64,000 nucleotides of DNA from Candidatus Latescibacterota bacterium (GTDB lineage: Bacteria > Latescibacterota > UBA2968): positions 2,336,001 through 2,400,000 of the forward strand of contig OZ220741.1 of assembly GCA_965116885.1 (NCBI GenBank), written 5' to 3'. Every line of letters starts with the position of its first letter. Within the stretch, counting starts at the first letter, position 1. Both the position numbers and the translations under genes were made by a program. Shown piece after piece: positions 28,164 through 37,062 of this stretch. Under the pieces are notes generated by a model. That model was not told the DNA's origin. It was given only the letters and a program-made list of their open reading frames with translations, and searched no databases.

Positions 28164-29954
28164 TTAATTGTTGTTCCATCGTATATTACCCGGTTCGGGA
28201 GAAGATAGCAATATCATTCCCTGCCTGCGCGCCCAAATGTGCGCGGCTTTGGCGAGTACGGGGTGATCGGCATTTAGATATGTTAGAGCCATTTCCTCAG
28301 TGCCGTATTGATGCAGGGCCTGGACGAGCAGAGGTTCTGATTCGGATATCCCGTTTCGGATGAAAAAAGCGTGCGCGGCTGCTACGATCAGGGTGCGTTT
28401 CTGTTCCGTGGCTTGCAGGAGTTTTTGGCGCGCCCTCGGCGTGGCGATCTCTCCCAGAGCTTCGGCAGAGCGCCATTGTACTTCTGGCTCGGGATGGTCG
28501 ATGTGTTCCAGAAAATAGGTTTCTATTCGCAGAGTCGCTTCTCGTTCCCGCCAGTTGGTATCCAGGCGGTCCAGCACCCGCACCATTCGCCGCGCCCATA
28601 TCCGTCCTTTTCCGATAATCGAGATGAGGGAATCCGCCACGGACGCATCGCCGATTGATCCCAGGGCATCGGCCGCTGCCCAGCGCACTTCGGCTGACTG
28701 ATCGTTCAGCGTTTTCAACAGGGGAACGATGGCACCGCGGTCTCCAATTTCTCCCAAAGCCTCGGTTGCAATGCGTCGGACCTGTACCGATGTATCGTCT
28801 AACTGCTCAGTTAGCAAAGCTGTTGCACGGGGGTCCTTCAGTACACCCAGAGTTTGTATCGTTCCCAGGCGAAATACGCCTTGTTCTGTATTGGACAGGA
28901 TGGTCATGAGTGGTTCGACGGCGCGTTTATCGCGGAGTTCGCCCAGTGCCAGTGCAGCGGCTGAAACAATGCCGGGATCACGATGTTCGAGGGCTTCTAC
29001 CAGTGGTTCGACGGCGCGTTTATCGCGGAGTTCGCCCAGTGCTTTTATGGCGATGTACTGCACCTGGATATTCGGATCTTTTAGTGCCTCCAGTAAAGAC
29101 GGAACGACCCGGGCGTCTCCGACCTGTCCCAGAGCCTCAATAGCCTGCATCCGTGCGATCAGGTCTCCGGTCGCCAGTTGTGCGACAAAAAAGTCCATGG
29201 TAGTACCCGCACGCGTTTTCCATTCGGCATCCATTTCCGATAGTACCTGAACTACCTGGTAGCGCGATTGGTTTGGTGCCTTCAATCCGTCAATCAGCCG
29301 ATTGATCGCTTCTTCAGCAGGTGCAGAAGTTTGCCAGGACGGATCTATGGTGTTGAGTGCCCATACCATTACCCGGCGCAGTTCTCTGTCCGCCTGTGGC
29401 AGAGCCTCAATCAGGGGTGCCAGGGCCTGTTGACTTTTTGTGCGGGCGAGGGTCAGTGCGGCTACCCACCGCACGTCGCGTGCCCTATCGGTTAGCGCTG
29501 TGGTCAGTGCCTGAACGGATCGGTCACCACCTGCGGTACCCAGACTTTGAATTGCGCCCAGGCTCAGGGGCCCTTCTCGCTCTTGCGCGATCCGCAGCAA
29601 GGTCTCCACAGCCTTTTCGCTTCCGATATTGCCCAGGGCTTCGACCACGGTCAGACCCACCATGACATTTGGGTCGCGAACAATCGCAATCAGCGAATCC
29701 ACTGCCTGTCGATCTCCCAATTTGCCCAGGGCTTCGCTTGCGGCCAATCTCACCTGTGCATCTCGGTCTTTAAGGGTTTGGATGAGGGCTGGGACAGCAC
29801 GCCGGTCACCTATTTCCCCTATCTGTATCGCTGCGCGGGCGCGATCCGCAGCATTGGGGTGATTTAGATATTGTATCCAGTCGTCGGCTTTGGACGCGCA
29901 GCCTGCGGTAAGCAAGCCCAGAATAATTAGCCATAAACCGCTTTTAGTGATCAC
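28164..29954 (-). CDS. HEAT/PBS-lyase repeat lipoprotein
   Basis: Lipobox LTAGC; many 31-aa repeats of the form VRxxAAEALGxIGDxRAVxxL; GTG start behind AGGAG. Confidence 0.88.
   Translation of the reverse strand: MITKSGLWLIILGLLTAGCASKADDWIQYLNHPNAADRARAAIQIGEIGDRRAVPALIQTLKDRDAQVRLAASEALGKLGDRQAVDSLIAIVRDPNVMVGLTVVEALGNIGSEKAVETLLRIAQEREGPLSLGAIQSLGTAGGDRSVQALTTALTDRARDVRWVAALTLARTKSQQALAPLIEALPQADRELRRVMVWALNTIDPSWQTSAPAEEAINRLIDGLKAPNQSRYQVVQVLSEMDAEWKTRAGTTMDFFVAQLATGDLIARMQAIEALGQVGDARVVPSLLEALKDPNIQVQYIAIKALGELRDKRAVEPLVEALEHRDPGIVSAAALALGELRDKRAVEPLMTILSNTEQGVFRLGTIQTLGVLKDPRATALLTEQLDDTSVQVRRIATEALGEIGDRGAIVPLLKTLNDQSAEVRWAAADALGSIGDASVADSLISIIGKGRIWARRMVRVLDRLDTNWREREATLRIETYFLEHIDHPEPEVQWRSAEALGEIATPRARQKLLQATEQKRTLIVAAAHAFFIRNGISESEPLLVQALHQYGTEEMALTYLNADHPVLAKAAHIWARRQGMILLSSPEPGNIRWNNN
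28909..29042. repeat. Two identical 41-bp copies (28909-28949 and 29002-29042) inside the HEAT gene
   Basis: agtggttcgacggcgcgtttatcgcggagttcgcccagtgc occurs twice, 93 bp apart. Confidence 0.9.
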
Positions 29955-30055
29955 ATACGTCTCCTGAGAAAGGCTTTGTGTCTTATGTTGACAGCGACTA
30001 TCCGCTGCGGTATCATTGGGTATTCACAAACTGTTTGTCGATGGGGAATGCGTTC

Positions 30056-31048
30056 ATGAATCGGTTCTTACAGATTTGGTTGGTCTGTTTCGCGGTCGCC
30101 TGCGGTTCGTCCGATAAGGGTCTCCAGCCCGAAGATATCCCTGTTTTATCTGAGGGCGATATTTTGCTCACAGATGCCGCCCAGCGCGCGCTGTTTCGCA
30201 TCCATCCCGGTACGGGAGATCGCACCGTTGTCACCGACCGCATCGGCGGTGTTCCCCGACAGATCGCCCGGGATGCCAATGGCGACCTTCTGATGACGCT
30301 CTCTGGAAGCGGTCTGCCCATTGTCCTGCGGTTCGATGTCCGAACGGCCGATCTTTTTATTGTGTCTTCAAGTGGTAGCCCCGTTGATCCCAATGTTCCG
30401 ATCATCGGTTCAGGTCCCGCGTTTTTGGGACCGGTCGGTCTGGTGCGAGAATCATCTGGACAACTCATAGTCGGCGATCAGCCATCTGCTACTATTTTTC
30501 GCGTTGATCCCAATAGTGGCGACCGCGCGGTTGTCTCTGGTCCCAGCCGGGGCGATGGACCCCCCTTTACTGGCCGTATCAAGCAGTTTGCCCTGGAGGC
30601 CGATGGCAATCTCCTATTGGTGGTTGGCTCAGTTTCGCAGGGGGGCGAGGGACGTATTTTTCGCATTGATCCCAACAGTGGAGATCGCGCGGTTGTCTCT
30701 GGTCCAGAAATGGGTGAGGGACCCCGATTGATGGATCCGGAAGGCATTGTTCTGAGTACCCTTAACACCATTTTTGTCACGGATATCGGTCAGGCAGCTG
30801 TTATTCAAATCGATCCTATCAGTGGCGACCGCACCATCATTTCAAGCCCTTTTATGGGTGGGGGTGAATTGCCCGATATTCCCTCTGGTCTCGCTTTTAA
30901 TACGCTCGATCAACTCCTGGTGGCAGATCGCACCGTTATCTACCGCGTGGATATCGATACTGGTGATCGCACGGTTATTTCGGCTCCCGTCATTGGTCAG
31001 GGCGAACCTTTTCTGGTGGCGGATGATATTTTTGTGATTAAGAATTGA
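30056..31048 (+). CDS. Lipoprotein with NHL-like beta-propeller repeats
   Basis: Lipobox AVAC; recurring (I/V)FR(I/V)DPxSGDRxV(V/I)S units. Confidence 0.75.
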   Translation: MNRFLQIWLVCFAVACGSSDKGLQPEDIPVLSEGDILLTDAAQRALFRIHPGTGDRTVVTDRIGGVPRQIARDANGDLLMTLSGSGLPIVLRFDVRTADLFIVSSSGSPVDPNVPIIGSGPAFLGPVGLVRESSGQLIVGDQPSATIFRVDPNSGDRAVVSGPSRGDGPPFTGRIKQFALEADGNLLLVVGSVSQGGEGRIFRIDPNSGDRAVVSGPEMGEGPRLMDPEGIVLSTLNTIFVTDIGQAAVIQIDPISGDRTIISSPFMGGGELPDIPSGLAFNTLDQLLVADRTVIYRVDIDTGDRTVISAPVIGQGEPFLVADDIFVIKN

Positions 31049-31049
31049 T

Positions 31050-32600
31050 TTATCTGGCCTTTTTGTTCTGAATCATTTTCAGGCCCTGCCGTGCGTCCGG
31101 ATGGGTCGGGTCGATTTGAACCGCGCGTTCGAAATACACCTGTGCCGAGTCTGCTCGGCCCTGATTGAGCAATAGCGTTCCCAACCTCACATGGCCGTCG
31201 TAGAACCGGGGTGACAGCTCGATTGAGCGGCGAAATGCCGCTTCTGCACCCGCCGTATCCCGGAATCTTTCCAGAGCCATTCCCAGGTCGTAATGCGCCG
31301 TGAAAAGCGTGGGTTCCAGGTCGAGGGCTTTTCGAAACTGGGCAATGGCAAGGCCGAGAAATCCCCGCCGCTCCAGTGCATATCCGATTTGTAAATAGGC
31401 TTCTACATCTCCGGGAGCCAGCGCGTCGGCTGCTGCTTGCTCTCGTGCGGCCAGGTCCATCCGACCATTTCCCGCGTGGCGCGCCGCCCGCTCCAGGTGC
31501 ATCATATAGACTTCGCACTGCCGGCTCAATGCCACTCCCGAGCGATAAACGCCCAATCCGATGCCCACAAATAATGCGATCACGCCGATGCGGAAAAGCC
31601 ATTGTCTGCCCCACCAGGCACGGCCCTGCAGGAATAAGACCGCAGCTACCGGTGATGTGACAAAACCTGTACCGAATCCTTCAGCTATCCAGGCGACAAT
31701 CGCAGAGGCCAGAATATAGGGCATGGATACTTTTGGCAATGCCATTAGGCATAGCAGGGCGAGGGGGATCAGCGAAATTAGCAGGTCTGGTCGTCCGCCA
31801 ATGCCCACCTGCGCCACGACCATTACCGCAGTGAACAGGCCTATGCACACCCACATCAATGCGTGCCGCGACCTGTGCTTGCTTTCGGCTGTTTCCACAG
31901 TTGTTGAGCCTGCACCGGTCAGTGCCAGAACGCCCAGAGCCAGGATGCTTATCCAGTGCCAGAGTACAAAGGGTTGCGTGGGCACCGCGCGTGAAATTGG
32001 TTCGGAAAACAGATGTAAAAACAGGTGTAAAAGAAATACGCCCCACAGCGCGTGCGCCCAGATCCTGCGCCGATGGGGCGTACAGAATGCCAGAAAATAG
32101 GGGATAAAGAACTCAAATCCCACCGCAAACCACTCCGCTATCCCCACAGTTGGTACACCGACAAAAAAACGGTTATGCGTCGGTATGCTCCACACCCACC
32201 AACCTGCGGCTGCTGCTCCGCCTTCTACCCCATATCCCACGGCCGCCATTCCCACGCAAGTCATCCCCACCGTGGCCATCATATCGCCTTTAAGTGCAGG
32301 TATCCGCGCCAACACCCGCTCTGCCAGCCACCAGCTTACATAGAGGGCAAAAATCCATCCGATTACCGCTTGTAAAGATGCTGAAAATATCTGCACCACC
32401 GGCTGCGTGAATACATAGGGCATCACGCCGCCCTGCGATTCGACTGTGATCCAGTGAATCACATTTCCCCGCACGACGCCAAACAGAAACGCCGAGATAA
32501 AAAAGCTCAGCGCAATGCGGCGGCCCCGATGGGACCAGGCGTGCCACATCAGCAGGGCTATTGCCACAGCAGAGGGCACAAAAAGCAGAAGCGTTTTCAT
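31050..32600 (-). CDS. Polytopic membrane protein with a CruF-like (carotenoid biosynthesis/hydratase) N-terminal domain and C-terminal TPRs
   Basis: HAWSHRG...FLFG, MPYVF, WWVW...FFVGVP...EWF resemble CruF; about 4 TPRs at the C-terminus. Confidence 0.6.
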   Translation of the reverse strand: MKTLLLFVPSAVAIALLMWHAWSHRGRRIALSFFISAFLFGVVRGNVIHWITVESQGGVMPYVFTQPVVQIFSASLQAVIGWIFALYVSWWLAERVLARIPALKGDMMATVGMTCVGMAAVGYGVEGGAAAAGWWVWSIPTHNRFFVGVPTVGIAEWFAVGFEFFIPYFLAFCTPHRRRIWAHALWGVFLLHLFLHLFSEPISRAVPTQPFVLWHWISILALGVLALTGAGSTTVETAESKHRSRHALMWVCIGLFTAVMVVAQVGIGGRPDLLISLIPLALLCLMALPKVSMPYILASAIVAWIAEGFGTGFVTSPVAAVLFLQGRAWWGRQWLFRIGVIALFVGIGLGVYRSGVALSRQCEVYMMHLERAARHAGNGRMDLAAREQAAADALAPGDVEAYLQIGYALERRGFLGLAIAQFRKALDLEPTLFTAHYDLGMALERFRDTAGAEAAFRRSIELSPRFYDGHVRLGTLLLNQGRADSAQVYFERAVQIDPTHPDARQGLKMIQNKKAR

Positions 32601-32613
32601 GGCTCCTCTTGTT

Positions 32614-33573
32614 TTATATCAGGATGTCCGATTGCGTATGGGGTGCGTGGTTTTTGATAAACCAGAGATAGAGCACCTGACTGTAGGAAAAAAATACCAT
32701 CTGTTTTCGGTGAAAAAAGGGTTCCAGTTCTTTTTGCAATTTCCGCAGGTTGTAAAATGGCACGCCCGGAAAATAGTGGTGTTCCAGGTGATATGTCGAA
32801 AACAGATAGAGAAAATTCCACATCCAATTGGCCCGCATGAGGGTTGTCCAGTTGGCGATTTCATCCGGGTTTATCACATAGTGCTGTCCCAACCGGTTGA
32901 CCGTAAAAGCAATGGGAAAGATAAAAAATACCGGAAAAAGATGCGCTTTGAAAGCAAACCACGGGTCCAGCGTCCAGAACCACGTCAGGATTCCCAGGTG
33001 CAGGATGATTCCCACTGTGCGTTCTCGTTTGATCTGGCGGCACAGTTGCTCTGGATAGCTTTTGAAGGTTTCGGCTACTGCCCGAAAATAAATGGGGAAT
33101 AGCATTGGCGTGCAGTAAAGCAGCTTGAACCACGGCGAGTTGATGCGGGGGGACAGGTGCGCGCGTTTGGGGTCGGCGTGCGTCGAACCCAGGTGATCGT
33201 GATGGTCCAGATGCCACCGCTTGAACTGTGAAAATGCCAGTCCTGAAATCCACCCGTACACGAGTCCCAGGAGGTCGTTGAGGCGGGGCTTCTTGCGGAA
33301 AATGCACCGGTGTACGGATTCGTGTAGCAAAACGGAGAAGCTGAAAATCGCGAATCCCAATAGTACGCTTGCGGGAAACCAGGCCCAGAATGAATCGACG
33401 TGGTAAATCCAGATTGGTAGCCCGACCAGCAGTGCTGTCTGCCGGAAGGCGATCCAGAAGTGCCGCCAGGGCCGCCGCTGGTGCAGGTCTGTCAGCCGTT
33501 CTTCTGGTATTGCTGCCCGCAGTTCCCGGTTTAAGTCTCGCGCATGGTCGTGATATGTCAGTTCCGCCGCCAT
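32614..33573 (-). CDS. Membrane fatty-acid-desaturase superfamily di-iron enzyme
   Basis: Three His boxes HESVH, HLDHH, HLEHH followed by FPGVPFYNL; start at ATG 33573 behind GGAGG. Confidence 0.9.
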   Translation of the reverse strand: MAAELTYHDHARDLNRELRAAIPEERLTDLHQRRPWRHFWIAFRQTALLVGLPIWIYHVDSFWAWFPASVLLGFAIFSFSVLLHESVHRCIFRKKPRLNDLLGLVYGWISGLAFSQFKRWHLDHHDHLGSTHADPKRAHLSPRINSPWFKLLYCTPMLFPIYFRAVAETFKSYPEQLCRQIKRERTVGIILHLGILTWFWTLDPWFAFKAHLFPVFFIFPIAFTVNRLGQHYVINPDEIANWTTLMRANWMWNFLYLFSTYHLEHHYFPGVPFYNLRKLQKELEPFFHRKQMVFFSYSQVLYLWFIKNHAPHTQSDILI

Positions 33574-33587
33574 GGCAAACCTCCGCG

Positions 33588-34469
33588 TTAGCCGATTGCA
33601 AATACACACACAAACCCCACATGTCCCGCCATCAATAGCAAATACATGTGTTTCCACGAGATGTGATTGGATTCAAATGTCAATGCTTCGGGGCGCTTCA
33701 ACATCAACCAGCCGACATACCCACCCCAAAGTGCCAGAGAGCCAAGCCACTGCGCGCTCGACGGTACCCATTCCCACATTGCGCCAATGGGAATGAGCGC
33801 AAAAGGCAATACCAGAAAAGGCAGTATCAGCCAGGCTGCTCGCCGAGGTCCCAATAGCACGGGTAGGGTCTTCATGCCGTAGGCGCGGTCTCCTTCCACA
33901 TCTACGAAATCTTTGGTATTGCTGGCGCCAAACACGTAGAGGCCGAATACCAGGCCCACAAACCAGGGTGCCGGGTGCCATATAGGTTCCACAGCCGCCC
34001 AGCCGCCCACGGGTAGCAAACACCCCCGTCCAAATCCCAGTGCCAGGCTCGAAGAGAGTGCGTGCCGTTTTAGCCGCAGGGGCGGTGCTGAATAGGCCAG
34101 TGTGAGCAATGCGCCCACCGCGAAGATGCCCAGCAAGCGGGGATGTACCAGATAGGCAAGGCCCAGGGCGATGATATAGCACGCGGTTCCCAGCAGTGCT
34201 GCCCCCCGCATGGATACGCTCCCCGAGGGCAAGGGGCGGGTGGGTTTGTTGATTCGATCAATTTCCAGGTCGCAGCACTGGTTGATGATGTTCGATCCCG
34301 CATTCAGGATTGTAACTGCCAGCGTGCCTACCAGGCCTGCTGTTGGGATCTCTCCACCGGTGGCCATTGCCGATCCCGCGAGAAATCCCACGGCAGGTGC
34401 CAGTAGTGTGAATGGGCGCGCGAGTACCACAAAGGCGCGGAATCCATTTTGTTCCATAGAATTGCTCAT
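33588..34469 (-). CDS. UbiA-family prenyltransferase (DGGGP synthase / ChlG-like motifs)
   Basis: RPFTL, NQCCDLEIDRINKPTRPLPSG, YSAPPLRLKR, KDFVDVEGDRAYGMKTLPV. Confidence 0.9.
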   Translation of the reverse strand: MSNSMEQNGFRAFVVLARPFTLLAPAVGFLAGSAMATGGEIPTAGLVGTLAVTILNAGSNIINQCCDLEIDRINKPTRPLPSGSVSMRGAALLGTACYIIALGLAYLVHPRLLGIFAVGALLTLAYSAPPLRLKRHALSSSLALGFGRGCLLPVGGWAAVEPIWHPAPWFVGLVFGLYVFGASNTKDFVDVEGDRAYGMKTLPVLLGPRRAAWLILPFLVLPFALIPIGAMWEWVPSSAQWLGSLALWGGYVGWLMLKRPEALTFESNHISWKHMYLLLMAGHVGFVCVFAIG

Positions 34470-36892
34470 TCGCTTTGGGCCTTTGCTCCCTGCTTATCCA
34501 CTACGTAAAAACGGGCTGTTTTGTACACTTCAATGTCGCGGTTTAGATCTTTTACGGCGACGACTACTTCGTGTTGTCCGGGTGCGATGTCTCCCAAATC
34601 CAGTTCTACAAAATTTTCGCTTTTCGTTTGTGTGCCCGTCTGCTCGTATCGAATCGTCACCTCTTCTCTGCTACCGCCCGATAGCATCCGACCCAGTCCG
34701 GACAGCGCGCGGATCAGCAGCGGCGTATGGTTGGCGTCTCGCACTGTATAGGCGACTTCGTAGCGCGTTTGTCCAAACGAGTCGCGCAACAAATTGTAGA
34801 TTTCAAAATAAATAAAAAATGATGTTTCCTGGTAAAATATCCGACCCGGTGAGGGATCTACCCGGAAGCCCGATCTCACAAACTGGCCCGCGGTTCCCGA
34901 ATCTATCTGAGCCACTGCACGGGCTACCTGAATGCCGCTGACCATCAGTGTATCCCGGTTGTATGAAACTACCGGTACAGCTTTTTGATAAACGCCCATC
35001 AAATCCGCTTCTGGTCGCCAGACTTGAACGGCGAGCGTATAATCGCCTGGCGGTACGTCCATTGGAAATTCTTCTACCAGTACGGATCTGCTGCCTCGCG
35101 GTGCCATGACTTCAACATCGCCCTGTACGCGATAGACCTGTCCAGAGCGCTCGTTGATCAGGGCGACCCGCCGCTGTACCTGCGCCGTGTCGCTGGCACC
35201 CTGTACATAGAGGTTGCGGGTGGGTACTCCCATAAATACCCGAATTTCTGTATTGTCGTCTGTTCCCATAAAATCCACTGTATCAAAATGAAAATCCAGT
35301 GGTTCGTAATAACTGATGTTATAGACCTCGGGCACATCCCGGGTGATGCGGGGCATGAAGACGGTTGGCGAATATTCCGAGAACAGGCGCGATATCCGCA
35401 GTGTCTGGTCGTGTCCAAAACGTTCCAGTCGGTCCCGGTCTTCTGTGGTCAGAACGGGCGGTGGCGCGTAATCGTAACGCCCGGAGGTAAATTCGTCGGT
35501 AAATACCACTTCGATGCCTCCGCCGATGCGGGTGTAAAACCACACTTCCCATTTTACGGTCATCCCGGCAATGCCCGTTGTCACGGGTTTGTACCCGTAA
35601 AATCCCAGGGTGTCTTCAGCCGCCATGCCCGCGCGGGCTTGCATGGAGCCTTCAAAGGGCATGCGGGGCAGGTCGTCCAGTTCGGGGTTGTCTTCGTCGA
35701 TGATGTTTATAAATCGTTCTGTTTTCACTGGATATACAGGTCCCAGAAACGTGTGGTGTACACCATCGGGACCGTAGAGCCGGCGGGCGAGTTCCGTCTG
35801 GATGATTCCGACAGATTGGGGTACGTTGAGGTTTAATGAGCGGGATGTCGAGCGGTGGTCTGGTTCCCCGTAGCGGATATAGACCTCACCTCGCCGATCA
35901 TAGGGGAACTGCTTTCGTCCGTAGTTTTCCCGCGCATAGAGTACCCGCCGATAATGCTCGCACCAGCGCATCAGCCCGCCACTGGCTTTCAGGGGGTCTT
36001 TTCTCAGCCAGAATCGCCGCAGGAAATCGCGCTGCCGCTCTGGTGGGGTTTGTCGATAGGCCTCCGCTTCCCTGGGTGTCGCCACTATCGAAATATCCCA
36101 GTAGAGTCCTCCCTCCTCTTCGGATAGCGTAGAGATATATTCTTCAAAAGCGATGAGCGCGTCTTCGAAGTTGCCCCGCTCCATGAGTATTTGTCCCAGG
36201 ATCGCATAGCCTCGCGGGTCTTCCAGCCGACCCAGCAGGCGTTCGGCTTCTGCCTTTTTGCCCGATTCGGCCAGGCTGCGGATAAACAGGTAGGCCGCTT
36301 CCTGGTCTTTGGGCTGGCGCTTGAGGTACTGGTCGTAATAATGAATTGCCACTTGATCCAATTTGTCGTCCTGGTAGAGCTGACCCAGTAGCAGATATCC
36401 CGGTGCGTATTCGGGATCGATCTGGATCGCCCGTCCCGCCGCTTTTATGGCATTTCCGGTTTCCGATATTCGATAGAGGCGGGCGAGGTGGTAATACACT
36501 TTTGCCTGGGTCGAGTCCAGTGCTACCGTCTTTTGCAAATGAGAGCGGGCACCCCGCCAGTCGTTTTTCAGATCCAGGTAGGCCAGCCCCAGCCCCAGGT
36601 GCGCTTCCACCCACCCCGAATCGGCCTGTACTGCTTTGCGAAATGCTTTGATAGCGTCGTCGGCCTGTTTAGATTGGAGGTGAAGTTGTCCGATCATGGT
36701 CAGCACCCGCGCAGGCTGGGGTTGTTGCCCGGCGATCTTTTCCAGATTTTTGACGGCCTGTTTTATACTGTCTTTGTGCGAGACTTGTAATGCCCGGGCG
36801 TAAATCGATTCGGCGTCCTGGGCATGTACCGTTCCGGTTCCGCACAGTCCGATAAAAAGGCTAAGCGCAATATAAAAATAATAATTTTTCAT
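34466..36892 (-). CDS. TPR + GWxTD-domain secreted protein
   Basis: Signal peptide; N-terminal TPRs; FLRRFWLRKDP, EHYRRVLYA, DRRGEVYIRYGEPD, WEVWFY; Ig-like C-terminus. Confidence 0.82.
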   Translation of the reverse strand: MKNYYFYIALSLFIGLCGTGTVHAQDAESIYARALQVSHKDSIKQAVKNLEKIAGQQPQPARVLTMIGQLHLQSKQADDAIKAFRKAVQADSGWVEAHLGLGLAYLDLKNDWRGARSHLQKTVALDSTQAKVYYHLARLYRISETGNAIKAAGRAIQIDPEYAPGYLLLGQLYQDDKLDQVAIHYYDQYLKRQPKDQEAAYLFIRSLAESGKKAEAERLLGRLEDPRGYAILGQILMERGNFEDALIAFEEYISTLSEEEGGLYWDISIVATPREAEAYRQTPPERQRDFLRRFWLRKDPLKASGGLMRWCEHYRRVLYARENYGRKQFPYDRRGEVYIRYGEPDHRSTSRSLNLNVPQSVGIIQTELARRLYGPDGVHHTFLGPVYPVKTERFINIIDEDNPELDDLPRMPFEGSMQARAGMAAEDTLGFYGYKPVTTGIAGMTVKWEVWFYTRIGGGIEVVFTDEFTSGRYDYAPPPVLTTEDRDRLERFGHDQTLRISRLFSEYSPTVFMPRITRDVPEVYNISYYEPLDFHFDTVDFMGTDDNTEIRVFMGVPTRNLYVQGASDTAQVQRRVALINERSGQVYRVQGDVEVMAPRGSRSVLVEEFPMDVPPGDYTLAVQVWRPEADLMGVYQKAVPVVSYNRDTLMVSGIQVARAVAQIDSGTAGQFVRSGFRVDPSPGRIFYQETSFFIYFEIYNLLRDSFGQTRYEVAYTVRDANHTPLLIRALSGLGRMLSGGSREEVTIRYEQTGTQTKSENFVELDLGDIAPGQHEVVVAVKDLNRDIEVYKTARFYVVDKQGAKAQSE

Positions 36893-37062
36893 TGTGTTGT
36901 GTTCACAAGATATGTGATCCTTCGCAAGGTGTCTCTAAAGTATAACAAAAAACCAAAATGGAATCGCTGTTTTTTCGTGCTGGTCTTTCTTCAGTTAAGG
37001 CTGCAATTGCATTTTTTTGCTACACGCCTTAGATTGTGGATTGAACTGTCCAGGAGCTTTCC

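Noticed and set aside
33588..34469. Chlorophyll synthase (phototrophy) or confirmed archaeal-lipid DGGGP synthase call
   Set aside because: The motifs are shared across UbiA subfamilies, and no bch/chl or GGGP synthase genes are in the window
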